This document shows positions 9,727 through 18,730 of a DNA stretch of 64,000 nt, piece by piece. The translations under genes and the position numbers were made by a program. The notes under the pieces are model-generated. The model had not been told where the DNA came from. It ran no database searches and saw only the letters and a program-made list of their open reading frames with translations. Each line of letters starts with the position of its first letter. The stretch's first letter is position 1. The DNA comes from Candidatus Binatia bacterium (lineage in GTDB: Bacteria > Desulfobacterota > Binatia > HRBIN30): NCBI GenBank assembly GCA_038245295.1, contig JBBRSP010000010.1, forward strand, positions 1 through 64,000, given 5' to 3'.

Positions 9727-10446
9727 CTAGTCACGACGGCGGCCGAACAAACGCAGCATGATAAGGAAGAGGTTGACGAAATCGAGATAGAGGATCAGGG
9801 CTCCGGAGATCGTCGACTTGCGCTCCTGCTCGGTTCCTTCACTGCCGGGGACATAGAGTCCCTTGATCTTCTGCGTGTCGTAGGCGGTCAGCCCGACGAA
9901 CACGATGACACCGGCAAATGTCGTCCACCAATAGAGCATCGAGTTGTGCAGGAAGAGGTTGACCAACGACGCGATGATCAAACCGATGAGCCCCATGAAA
10001 CAAAAGGTCCCGAGGCCCGTAAGGTCCCGCTTCGTCGCGTAGCCATAGGCACTCATGGCCCCGAAGGTGGCCGAGGTGATGAAGAACGTCGAGGTAATCG
10101 ATTCGCGCGTGTAGGCGAGGAAGACGACGGATAGGGTCAGACCGTTGAGCGCTGAATAGAACAGAAAGGCGCCAACTGTGGCCGACGCACTCATTCCACC
10201 GATCCAGCCGGCCATCGATCCAACCAGTGCCAATTCAGCAATGATCAATCCGAAGAAGAGAATCGGCTGGCGTGCCAAGCCGATGACCAGATCTGGATTG
10301 GCCACCATGATCGCCGACACGATTCCTGTGAGCGCCAATCCGAGCGTCATCCAGTTGTAGACGCGTAGCAAGAAGGCCGAGGCTCCGACCTGCAGCGTGC
10401 TTGCGGCGCTTCCAACACTCATCCGGTTGTCTCGTACTGGATCCAT
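9727..10446 (-). CDS. Bax inhibitor-1/YccA family membrane protein
   Basis: VYNWMTLGL, YGYATKRDL, LTAYDTQKIK, ALILYLDFVNLF. Confidence 0.95.
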   Translation of the reverse strand: MDPVRDNRMSVGSAASTLQVGASAFLLRVYNWMTLGLALTGIVSAIMVANPDLVIGLARQPILFFGLIIAELALVGSMAGWIGGMSASATVGAFLFYSALNGLTLSVVFLAYTRESITSTFFITSATFGAMSAYGYATKRDLTGLGTFCFMGLIGLIIASLVNLFLHNSMLYWWTTFAGVIVFVGLTAYDTQKIKGLYVPGSEGTEQERKSTISGALILYLDFVNLFLIMLRLFGRRRD

Positions 10447-10524
10447 AGATCTTCCTTAGCCGATGGTTCATTTTCGGCCAACCTTGGGAGTGGTGGTGTC
10501 GTCAAGTTCGTGATGGCGGCGTCG

Positions 10525-10791
10525 GAGACTGTCGATGAGGTAGAGATGAAAATGCATACGTCGTCCCGGCGAAGGAGACTGTCGTAAACCAAAGTGGAGC
10601 AACGTCATCCCGGTGAAAACCGGGATCTCCTCGAGTGGAAGGCCCAAATGCCGGGAAGAGATACCGGCTTTCGCCGGTATGACGGCGGTGTTTGCGTTGT
10701 TTCAAACGATGAATCAGAGAAAACCGACAGTCTCCTTCGCCGGGGTGACGGCACCTCCAGAGACTCTATTCCACAGAGCATCGACAGTCTC
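10525..10791. mobile_element. 267-bp composite MITE: 13-bp TIR GAGACTGTCGATG, 4-bp GTCG duplication, containing a second MITE (10575-10734) and CGTC-type REPs
   Basis: GTCG|GAGACTGTCGATG...CATCGACAGTCTC|GTCG; inner GAGACTGTCG...CGACAGTCTC; REP halves 10559-10574 and 10735-10750; REP doublet about 10603-10684. Confidence 0.85.
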
Positions 10792-11009
10792 GTCGGCGGG
10801 GATCCAGAGCTGAAAGTGTCGGGACAGGGCGCGGGTTCGCTCGAAGCGAAGAACGTTCCAGAACATGGGAATCACAACGCTCCATCCAGGTCATGGGTGA
10901 CGCCAGACTCCGCGCCCGCATCTGGCATCAATCTCGCTTCGATCTGTGTACCCATGTCGCGCCCGGGCGCTGACACGGCACGAGGAAAGGTGTACTGAGG
11001 CAACCACGC

Positions 11010-12308
11010 ATGGCGAGACACAAGGTCTACGTAGACGGCTTTACTCATCCCGACTTCCACCCGGTGGTCAGCACCTTACGCGACATCGTCGGGCAGTTCG
11101 GCGGCGGCGCCGGGGTGTGCATCTATCACCATGGCGAAGTGGTGGCGGATATCTGGGCCGGGCAGCGCAATCGCGCCGGCGCACCGTGGTTGTCCGACAC
11201 CATGGCGCCGAGCTTCTCGACCACCAAGGGGGTGGCGTCGACCCTCCTGCACATCCTGGTCGATCGGGGCCTGCTCGACTACGACGACCGCGTTTGTGAC
11301 CATTGGCCCGAGTTTGCGCAGGCCGGCAAGGAGCACATCACCGTGCGCCAGGTGTTGTCGCACCAATCGGGGCTGTACCACATTCGCCAGATGATCGATC
11401 ACGCCGACCGCATGCGCGACTGGCCGCATATGATCGCGGCGATCGAAAAAGCCTCGCCGATCCATACGCCCGGCACGCACACCGGGTACCATGGTCTGAC
11501 CTACGGTTTTCTCGTCGGTGAGCTGGTGCGGCGTGTCAGCGGCCAGCCGATCCCGCAGCTGGTGCGTGATCTCATCGTGCGGCCGCTTGGTCTGGACGGC
11601 ATGTATATCGGCGCTCCGCGAGCCGTTCTGCATCGCGCCGCCGAGTTGATCTGGCCTGGGCAATCGCGCGGTCTGCTCAACCTCGAGGGCACGGCACCCG
11701 GCCGCGCCATCCTGCAAGCGGCGCATATGGTTGGCGGCCTGCTACGCCCTATCGGCCTGCAGCTCGATCTCGACAGTATTCTCGACTCGTTGGCGCCGCG
11801 CGGCATCGGCGCTTTCGACTTCGGCAGCCCCGACACCTTGCGTGCAACGATTCCCGCCGCCAACGGCTTGTTTACCGCGCGATCCTTGGCGCGCATGTAC
11901 GCGGCTCTAGCCGGCGGCGGCGAGCTCGATGGGACACGCCTACTGTCGAGGCGAACGTTGTCGCGCGCGACACGCGTGCAAGACCGCACGCATGGCCGGC
12001 GCGTCATCCCGTGGGATATGCGTTGGCGCCTCGGCTACCACGGCGTCGCCACAACCTACGGCATCCCACGCCGCGCCTTCGGCCACTTCGGCTTCGGTGG
12101 TTCGGGGGCCTGGGCCGATCCGGAGCGCAATCTCTCCGTTGGATTGATCGTCAATGCCGGCTTCGGAACACCCTTCGGCGATATCCGCATCCTGCGCATC
12201 GGCGGGGCGGCGCTGCGCTGCAGCGAGAAACGGCTGGATCGACGCCCGATAGCTGCTCCACCCGAGCGCCGCCTGCGCAGTGTGCCGGCAGCGCTCGGGG
12301 CGAATTGA
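11010..12308 (+). CDS. Serine hydrolase, beta-lactamase/esterase family
   Basis: FSTTKG (SxxK), LSHQSG, GYHGLTYG, FGHFGFGGS. Confidence 0.93.
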   Translation: MARHKVYVDGFTHPDFHPVVSTLRDIVGQFGGGAGVCIYHHGEVVADIWAGQRNRAGAPWLSDTMAPSFSTTKGVASTLLHILVDRGLLDYDDRVCDHWPEFAQAGKEHITVRQVLSHQSGLYHIRQMIDHADRMRDWPHMIAAIEKASPIHTPGTHTGYHGLTYGFLVGELVRRVSGQPIPQLVRDLIVRPLGLDGMYIGAPRAVLHRAAELIWPGQSRGLLNLEGTAPGRAILQAAHMVGGLLRPIGLQLDLDSILDSLAPRGIGAFDFGSPDTLRATIPAANGLFTARSLARMYAALAGGGELDGTRLLSRRTLSRATRVQDRTHGRRVIPWDMRWRLGYHGVATTYGIPRRAFGHFGFGGSGAWADPERNLSVGLIVNAGFGTPFGDIRILRIGGAALRCSEKRLDRRPIAAPPERRLRSVPAALGAN

Positions 12309-12362
12309 TTGCGGCCCTCGGCGACGCGACTCACGCTACATCCTCATCGTTTGGACCGTTCA

Positions 12363-12396
12363 ATCGTAGGGGCGGTTCGCGAACCGCCCCTACGAT
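12363..12396. repeat. 34-bp perfect palindrome of a second GTAG REP family
   Basis: ATCGTAGGGGCGGTTCG/CGAACCGCCCCTACGAT; relatives at about 8221-8277, 13219-13243, 15390. Confidence 0.9.
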
Positions 12397-13013
12397 GCAT
12401 TGCCGCTTCCCACTCCGCACGGCTTATCTGCCAGCTGCGCCTCCAGCTCGGCGATGCGTTGTCGCAGCGGCTGGACAGCTACGGCAACTTCATCGGCCGT
12501 AAAGCGTGGCGTGATGTGTTGCGAGCAGTTCCACTCGAACGACACGACATCGATGAAGATGATCCGCTCGACACGCCCCTCCGGCTTGGAGCCGGCCAAC
12601 TGCGCCACTAGCTCGGGGTGTTTGCGTGCGTCTTCGACACGCGCATGCCCCAGCAGTTTAAGGCGGGCGCGATTCAAGTAGTCCATGAGAAACAGGGCAA
12701 CGCGGTCGTTGACGCTCAAACTGCCGACGCTGATCAACTGGTGGTTGCCCTGGTAGTCGGCGAAGGCAAGCGTCGTCGCATCGAGCCCGTGAAGAAACCC
12801 GCGCGGGCCGCCGCGATGCTGCATGTAGGGCCAGCCGTTTTCGGTCACCGTGGCCATGTAGAAACTGTCGCGCTCGGCGACGAAGGCCTGTTCATCCGGA
12901 CCGAGCGGATCACGCTCGGGCGCCCCGCGCATCGGTCGGGCGCGCCCGTAGTACTTCTCCTGAGCCCGCAACACGGCCGGGGTCAAAGCAACCTCGAGAA
13001 ATTTGTGCGCCAT
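12390..13013 (-). CDS. Pyridoxamine 5'-phosphate oxidase-like FMN-binding protein
   Basis: RDSFYMATVTENGWPYMQHRGGPRGF, ADYQGN, WNCSQHITPR; start at MAHKFLE. Confidence 0.92.
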   Translation of the reverse strand: MAHKFLEVALTPAVLRAQEKYYGRARPMRGAPERDPLGPDEQAFVAERDSFYMATVTENGWPYMQHRGGPRGFLHGLDATTLAFADYQGNHQLISVGSLSVNDRVALFLMDYLNRARLKLLGHARVEDARKHPELVAQLAGSKPEGRVERIIFIDVVSFEWNCSQHITPRFTADEVAVAVQPLRQRIAELEAQLADKPCGVGSGNAS

Positions 13014-13278
13014 GCGCGGCAATATCGGTTGCCGCGCCCCTCCGGGCAATACGCGCTTGGTGGCGAAGTCTATTGCTCGGCGCGGAATAATGGCATGGAC
13101 GCCCCGCATGATGAGACTGAGAGCCGGGGACTGCGGCAAGGACATGCGCCGTAGGATCGAATCAAGTAACGCCGGACTCGACGGTGGCCCTGCACGTGCG
13201 TGTGTATCGCCGGTTCGCCGGGCGGTTCGGGAACCGCCCCTACATCCCAGCGCTCCGCACAAGCGACGACACGCCTGT

Positions 13279-14142
13279 TTGACAACGGCCTCGTCTCTCG
13301 TGGCGATCGTATTGTCGGCGGGCTGTGGACATCTCAACGAGCTGCCGTACGAGCCACTGACGACGCCGCAGCAATGGTGCGAACGCCGGCCGTGTATCCG
13401 CCTTGGCAGCGTGGTGTTCAACGAACCGCTGGGATCGTTCCTGGTCTTCTCCCTGGCCGTCCTGTGGATCGGCGTCGGCCTGCATTTCCTCTACACGCGC
13501 CGCGCTGAGCGCTCGCGCGCCTGGTTTGGTGTCGCCTTGATTCTCGGCGGCATCGGCGCGGCTCAAGCGGGGATCAGCTACCAGGCTTTCAGTTACGAGC
13601 TCAAATGCGCCGGCCGCGCCGCGTGTGTGCTAACCAACGGCTTCGAAGTCGGCTACAGCGTCACCCAGGCTGTGAGCGTCAGCGCCATGCTGATTGCGGT
13701 CGCCTATGCCTGCGCCATCGGCAAGCGGCGGCGTGTTTTGATCCTCTACTCGATTGCCAATGCGACGGTCTATCTCATCGTCGCCATCGCCGGGGTCGCA
13801 ATGCCGAGCCGAGTACTGCTGTCGTTTGAAGTGCTCATGCTCTTCGCCCTGCCCGGCATTCTCCTGGTGATTCTGGTCGCCGGCGTCGAGGCAGCATCGC
13901 GGCAGGCCGCGAGCCGCTCGATGCGGACCGCCGCCGTGTTGCTGTTGCTCGTGCAGGTCGCCTATTTCTCTTACGCCGCCGCCGGCATCACCACACGCCT
14001 GTGGAACAGCGGCCAGGGCTTCTACTTCTCGGAGAACGACGTGCTTCATATTGGCATGATCGCCTGGCTCGCCTACGTCTACGTGGCCGTGGGAACACAT
14101 CTCGTCGATCTGGAGGGAGTATGTACGACGTCGTTGCACTGA
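13279..14142 (+). CDS. Multi-pass membrane protein with lipoprotein-like N-terminus
   Basis: LSAGC lipobox-like segment then about 7 TM segments, FSENDVLH near the end; start uncertain. Confidence 0.7.
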   Translation: MTTASSLVAIVLSAGCGHLNELPYEPLTTPQQWCERRPCIRLGSVVFNEPLGSFLVFSLAVLWIGVGLHFLYTRRAERSRAWFGVALILGGIGAAQAGISYQAFSYELKCAGRAACVLTNGFEVGYSVTQAVSVSAMLIAVAYACAIGKRRRVLILYSIANATVYLIVAIAGVAMPSRVLLSFEVLMLFALPGILLVILVAGVEAASRQAASRSMRTAAVLLLLVQVAYFSYAAAGITTRLWNSGQGFYFSENDVLHIGMIAWLAYVYVAVGTHLVDLEGVCTTSLH

Positions 14143-14238
14143 GCGCCGTCACCCTACCGGCAACAATACTTCTTGTATGCCGCCGGATGTCTTCGTATAT
14201 CGCCAACGATTCAGACGAATTCGGGTAGGAGGTTTGCG

Positions 14239-15393
14239 ATGATGCGTCGCGGCACGCACGTTGGTTCAAAGGCGGTTGGGGTTTTGGTTGCGGCACTGGT
14301 GCTCACCGGCGCGGTAGGATGCGGCGACGACGGCGAGTGCTGTGGCATGCCGACCTCCAGCGCCTCGGAGCCCGCATACGCCGGCAAGGGCCCGTATCCG
14401 GTCGGCGTGACAACGCTGCAGCTCAGCGATCGCAAGGTCGAGGTCTGGTACCCGGCGGTACCGGGGAGCGAGACCGGGCTGGCACACGACACCTACAACC
14501 AAACCGATCCCCTCACCGATCCTATTCTGCTCAGCCTTGCCACGGGCATCGCCCGACGCGAGCACATCAACCTTATCTACCAGACCCGCGCCTACCGGAA
14601 CTTGACGCCAAGCCGCAGTGGCGCGTTCCCGGTCATCCTGTTCAGTCACGGCTTCGGCGGTTGGCGTGACGCCAATTCCTCCCTCGTCGCCGGCATCGCC
14701 TCGTGGGGCTTCGTCGTGGCCTCGGCCGACTATCTCGAACGCGGCCTGAACGCGGTCGCCACCAGCACGGTTGCCGCCAGTGCCGAGAAGGATCGCTCGA
14801 TCACGCTCGATACACTGGCTCTATTACGCAGCAAGAATGCGGAGACCGGCGGTATGATGGCGGGGCTGATGAACTTCGATCACATCGCCACGGCCGGACA
14901 CTCCGCGGGCGGGCACACGGCTCTGGATGTGCTCTCTGAACCCGACATCGATGTTGCCGTCGGTTACGCGGCCGCCGGTGGTGGAACCAACGGCGGCAAG
15001 CCGGTGATGCTGATCGCGGCGCGTGGCGATATCGGCGTCACTACGGCGTCCACCGAGACTCTGTTCGCGTCGCTGTCGACACCAAAGCGGCTGGCGATCA
15101 TCGAGCGCGCCGGCCACAACAGCTTCAGCGACACCTGCGCCGCGATTCGCGACGGTGCCTCCCTGGCACAGCTGGCGCGCGAGGCCGGATTACAAATCGA
15201 CGAGCGGTTGCTCGCACTGGCGGCGAATGGGTGCGAAGCCGAGAACCTGGCACCGGACGGCGCCTGGGCAATCGCTCAGCACTTCACCGTAGCGCAACTT
15301 CGCTTCGCCTTCGGCATCGACAAGACGCCGGTGGGTCTCGGCACGGCTGTCGCCAACGCGTTCGAGGTACCGGTGGAGTATCGGGTACAGTAG
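14239..15393 (+). CDS. Alpha/beta hydrolase lipoprotein (dienelactone hydrolase/PAF-acetylhydrolase-like)
   Basis: AGGAGG RBS, AVGC lipobox, ILFSHGFGG, GHSAGG nucleophile elbow, AGHNSF. Confidence 0.88.
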   Translation: MMRRGTHVGSKAVGVLVAALVLTGAVGCGDDGECCGMPTSSASEPAYAGKGPYPVGVTTLQLSDRKVEVWYPAVPGSETGLAHDTYNQTDPLTDPILLSLATGIARREHINLIYQTRAYRNLTPSRSGAFPVILFSHGFGGWRDANSSLVAGIASWGFVVASADYLERGLNAVATSTVAASAEKDRSITLDTLALLRSKNAETGGMMAGLMNFDHIATAGHSAGGHTALDVLSEPDIDVAVGYAAAGGGTNGGKPVMLIAARGDIGVTTASTETLFASLSTPKRLAIIERAGHNSFSDTCAAIRDGASLAQLAREAGLQIDERLLALAANGCEAENLAPDGAWAIAQHFTVAQLRFAFGIDKTPVGLGTAVANAFEVPVEYRVQ

Positions 15394-15540
15394 GGGCAGT
15401 TCGAGGGGCCACCGATCGGCGCCACGGTTGGCCCCTCCTCCAACGCAGCGCCCAAGGTTGCAACCGATGCGCGCATGACTCTCGACACAAGCGGAGGGTC
15501 AAGGTCCTTCGGTGGACCGTCGCGGAGCCATCGGCGCGCA

Positions 15541-15619
15541 CCGCAGGCTAAAGCCTGCGCCTACCGGGCCATCTTCCGCCTGCGTGATCAGAGGGGTAGG
15601 CGCAGGCTTCAGCCTGCGG
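15541..15619. repeat. GTAG REP doublet
   Basis: CCGCAGGCTAAAGCCTGCGCCTACC...GGTAGGCGCAGGCTTCAGCCTGCGG between convergent genes. Confidence 0.9.
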
Positions 15620-15695
15620 CGTTGGCGTTGCCGGACTTTAGATGCAAAGCCGACGCAGCCTGCGGCGGAGCTCAACCCAAGCGCCACGGAAGGCG

Positions 15696-16415
15696 TCAGG
15701 TGTGGGCGTCGACGTCGTAGCGACCGCCGGCGGCGAGATCCGGCAACGCCAGGATACGCAACACCGCCACCGCCACCTTGGCAGGATCGCGTAGCTCGCC
15801 GCTCTCGTGACGCTTCACGAAGCGTTCGATGTCGGGAAAGTCGGACTTGGTGGAGCCGCGAATTTCGGTCTGCATCGCCGTGTCCATTACATTTGGATTG
15901 ATGTTCACAGGAACGAAGGGAAACGTTTCAGCCGCCTGCTCCAACGCCACGGCGCGAATGAAATGCTCGAGCCCGGCCTTGGCGGCGCAGTACAACGACC
16001 AACCGGCATAGGGCTTCGTCGCGGCGCCGGAGGAGATGTTGGCGATAACCTTACGACAGCGGTGCGGCTGAAACGCCGCGATGGTCTGTGTCAGCAAGAG
16101 AATTGCCGACGTGATGTTGGTGTTGATGTTGCCGACGACGGCGTCTCGATCCTGGCGTGATGTAGGTCCGATCGGGCTGAGCATGCCGGCGTTGCTGATG
16201 ACGACGATTTCATCCCAAGCCTGCGGCGCTAGCGGCACCAGGGCCGCCGCGACCGCGTCTGCCGCAGCAGCAGGATCGGCGAGGTCGGCGCGTACCGAGA
16301 ACGGGTGGGGTGCGGAGCGCGACAGCTCCAACACGTGATCACCGCGCGCGTGCAAAGCGCGACACAAGCTCAGACCAAGACCCCTCGATCCACCGGAGAC
16401 TATTGCGAGCCGCAT
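15696..16415 (-). CDS. Short-chain dehydrogenase/reductase (sepiapterin/benzil reductase-like)
   Basis: SGGSRGLG, SNAG, NISSG, YCAAK. Confidence 0.92.
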   Translation of the reverse strand: MRLAIVSGGSRGLGLSLCRALHARGDHVLELSRSAPHPFSVRADLADPAAAADAVAAALVPLAPQAWDEIVVISNAGMLSPIGPTSRQDRDAVVGNINTNITSAILLLTQTIAAFQPHRCRKVIANISSGAATKPYAGWSLYCAAKAGLEHFIRAVALEQAAETFPFVPVNINPNVMDTAMQTEIRGSTKSDFPDIERFVKRHESGELRDPAKVAVAVLRILALPDLAAGGRYDVDAHT

Positions 16416-16518
16416 GATGCGCCCTGCCTAGCATCAACCGCTGGGGTTTCTCACAGGGGGACAACCTCCTACTGGTTTGGCAGCTGCGCTTGCCGCAGCA
16501 GCATGGTACACGGTCGGC

Positions 16519-16812
16519 ATGGAGCCGACAGATGATCGCGAGCGCAACCGACGCTACGTGGCACGGCTCGATGCGGCGCGAGCGACTCTTGCCGACGAGC
16601 TCGAGCCGGAGATCGAGCAGGTTCGCGCCCTGACTCTGACCGAGCGCGGCCAGTGGGTGGCCAGCGCGTGTGCGGCGGCGGCAGCGATCGTCGAGGCACG
16701 CCGGCGAGCGGGCACATGGCACGACGTGGACGAACCACCGGCCGCCGATTTCGCCGAGAAGTGGCAAGTCCTGCGGGCGCGCTACCGTGCCCAACAGCGG
16801 AAATCGCCGTGA
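16519..16812 (+). CDS. Small helical hypothetical protein, possible antitoxin/partner of the downstream nucleotidyltransferase
   Basis: 97-aa ORF; its TGA overlaps the GTG start of the next gene (GTGA). Confidence 0.65.
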   Translation: MEPTDDRERNRRYVARLDAARATLADELEPEIEQVRALTLTERGQWVASACAAAAAIVEARRRAGTWHDVDEPPAADFAEKWQVLRARYRAQQRKSP

Positions 16813-17381
16813 ACGCCGCCGAGCTTGCGGTTCAACTCGCCGAGCAACTCAAACAAGCCGGCATCCCACACGCGATCGGCGGCGCCATCGCCTATGGCTT
16901 TTGGGGCAACCCACGCGGTACCCGCGATGTCGATCTCAACGTATTTGTTCCCGCCGACGAGGCAGCGACGGCGATTGATGTCCTTACGCAGTTTGGATTG
17001 CGCATCGATAAGGACTCAGCTCTCGCGTCGGCCAGGGATCGCGGCGACGCCCGCGGGTACCATGAGGATCTGCCGGTCGACCTGTTCTTCATCTCGATAC
17101 CACTGCACGAGTCCGCGGCGCGGCGCACCGTGCGTGTCGACCTCCTCGGCCATGACGTGGCCGTGCTCTCACCCGAAGACCTGATCGTCCTCAAGCTCTT
17201 GTTCTTCCGCGGTAAGGATGTCGTCGACATCGAACGAGTGGTGGCGGTCCAAGGTCAACGGCTGGACCGCGACTACGTCCGCCGTTGGTTGGTGGACTGC
17301 GTCGGCGAGAGCGATCCACGTGTCGAACGTTGGGACCGCCTCTGCCTGGCTTTGCCGATGGCCGATTCCGACCCTTCGTGA
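16809..17381 (+). CDS. Nucleotidyltransferase (pol-beta superfamily, AbiEii/DUF6036-like)
   Basis: IGGAIA...PRGTRDVDL, SPEDLIVLKL...RGKDVVDI. Confidence 0.85.
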   Translation: MNAAELAVQLAEQLKQAGIPHAIGGAIAYGFWGNPRGTRDVDLNVFVPADEAATAIDVLTQFGLRIDKDSALASARDRGDARGYHEDLPVDLFFISIPLHESAARRTVRVDLLGHDVAVLSPEDLIVLKLLFFRGKDVVDIERVVAVQGQRLDRDYVRRWLVDCVGESDPRVERWDRLCLALPMADSDPS

Positions 17382-17613
17382 GACAGAGCTCAGGAGCCGT
17401 ACCGGGCGCCTCGCGCAGCGCCGCCCGGGCGAGCAGCCTGGTATGGTTCCGCGAATGCAGCTCGGACCCCATCGCTTAGCGTCCTGGCATTGCTGACGAC
17501 GAAGATCTCGCTTCACGTCTGGCCGCCCAGGTGCCACTAACACCGACGGCAGGCAGACGGCCAGGATACATCTCGTCTCGCTCGTCCGGTTGACCTTGCA
17601 GAGGTTGCGCGCC

Positions 17614-18714
17614 ATGCAGCAAGCAGATCGGGAGGACAAGCAGCGCGTGGAGCGACACGGATGGAACCACTGTGGACGCCGCAGAGTCTGGCGAACAACA
17701 ATCGGTCTGGCGCTCCTCCTGCTCAGCGGATGCACGGGAGCGATTGCAGACCTGCACCCGTTTGATGGAACGCAGCCGGTCGGCTGCGGCCCCGACGCGG
17801 CAACCAAGGGTCTCGACCTGACCTATCTCGGAACCGGTGGTTTCCTGATGCGCTGGAACGGGCACGCCATCATGACCGCGCCCTTCTATTCCAATCCCGG
17901 GCTGCTGCAGGTTGGCCTCGGCTTGCCGATTTCGCCCAACACGACGCGCATCGATGCACACTTGCCGCCGATCGAAGACGTCGAGGTCATCCTGGTCGGT
18001 CACGCGCACTACGATCATCTCATGGACGCCGTCTACGCCGCCGAAGCACATGCACCACGCGCCGTCTTCTACGGCAACGCCACGATGGCGCACATCCTGG
18101 CGGCGCGCGAGAAACTGCGCGGCCGGGTTGTCGGGCTCGATGCCGCAGCGGGAGATTGGTGGCAGCCAGGGCACTGGCAGTATGTCGCCGACGGCTCGAT
18201 TCGTTTTATGGCGCTGCGCTCGGAGCACGCGCCGCATTTCCTTGGCATCAAGCTCTTCGGCGGCGATGTCGACAAAGACCTGCCCCAGCTGCCGAGCAAC
18301 GCGTACGGCTGGAAGGAAGGGCAAACCTTTGCCTTCCTCATCGATTTCCTCGGCCCCGATGGCTCGGTCCAGGTGCGGCTGCATTACCAGGACGCCGGGA
18401 GCAATCCGCCGGCCGGCTTTGCTCCACCCCCCGATTCGAGCCTCGCCGAACCGGTTGATGTGGCGATCCTCTGTGTCGCCTCCTACGGCGAAGTCGACGA
18501 CTACCCGGAAGCCATTATCCGCCAACTACAGCCGCATACGGTCGTCCTCGGCCACTACGAGAGTTTCTTCCGGTCTCCTGATCGCCCATTGAGAGCGGTC
18601 CCGTTCACCGACACCAAAGCGTTCGCACGACGACTCACCGACGCGCTGCCGGACGGAGCCCGCTGGTACACGCCGCATCCGAAGGGGACGCTGCACATTT
18701 GTCCGCGGCGCTAA
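17614..18714 (+). CDS. Metallo-beta-lactamase fold lipoprotein
   Basis: LSGC lipobox, YLGTGG, GHAHYDH motif, GHYE. Confidence 0.85.
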   Translation: MQQADREDKQRVERHGWNHCGRRRVWRTTIGLALLLLSGCTGAIADLHPFDGTQPVGCGPDAATKGLDLTYLGTGGFLMRWNGHAIMTAPFYSNPGLLQVGLGLPISPNTTRIDAHLPPIEDVEVILVGHAHYDHLMDAVYAAEAHAPRAVFYGNATMAHILAAREKLRGRVVGLDAAAGDWWQPGHWQYVADGSIRFMALRSEHAPHFLGIKLFGGDVDKDLPQLPSNAYGWKEGQTFAFLIDFLGPDGSVQVRLHYQDAGSNPPAGFAPPPDSSLAEPVDVAILCVASYGEVDDYPEAIIRQLQPHTVVLGHYESFFRSPDRPLRAVPFTDTKAFARRLTDALPDGARWYTPHPKGTLHICPRR

Positions 18715-18730
18715 CACGAACTGCCGATTC

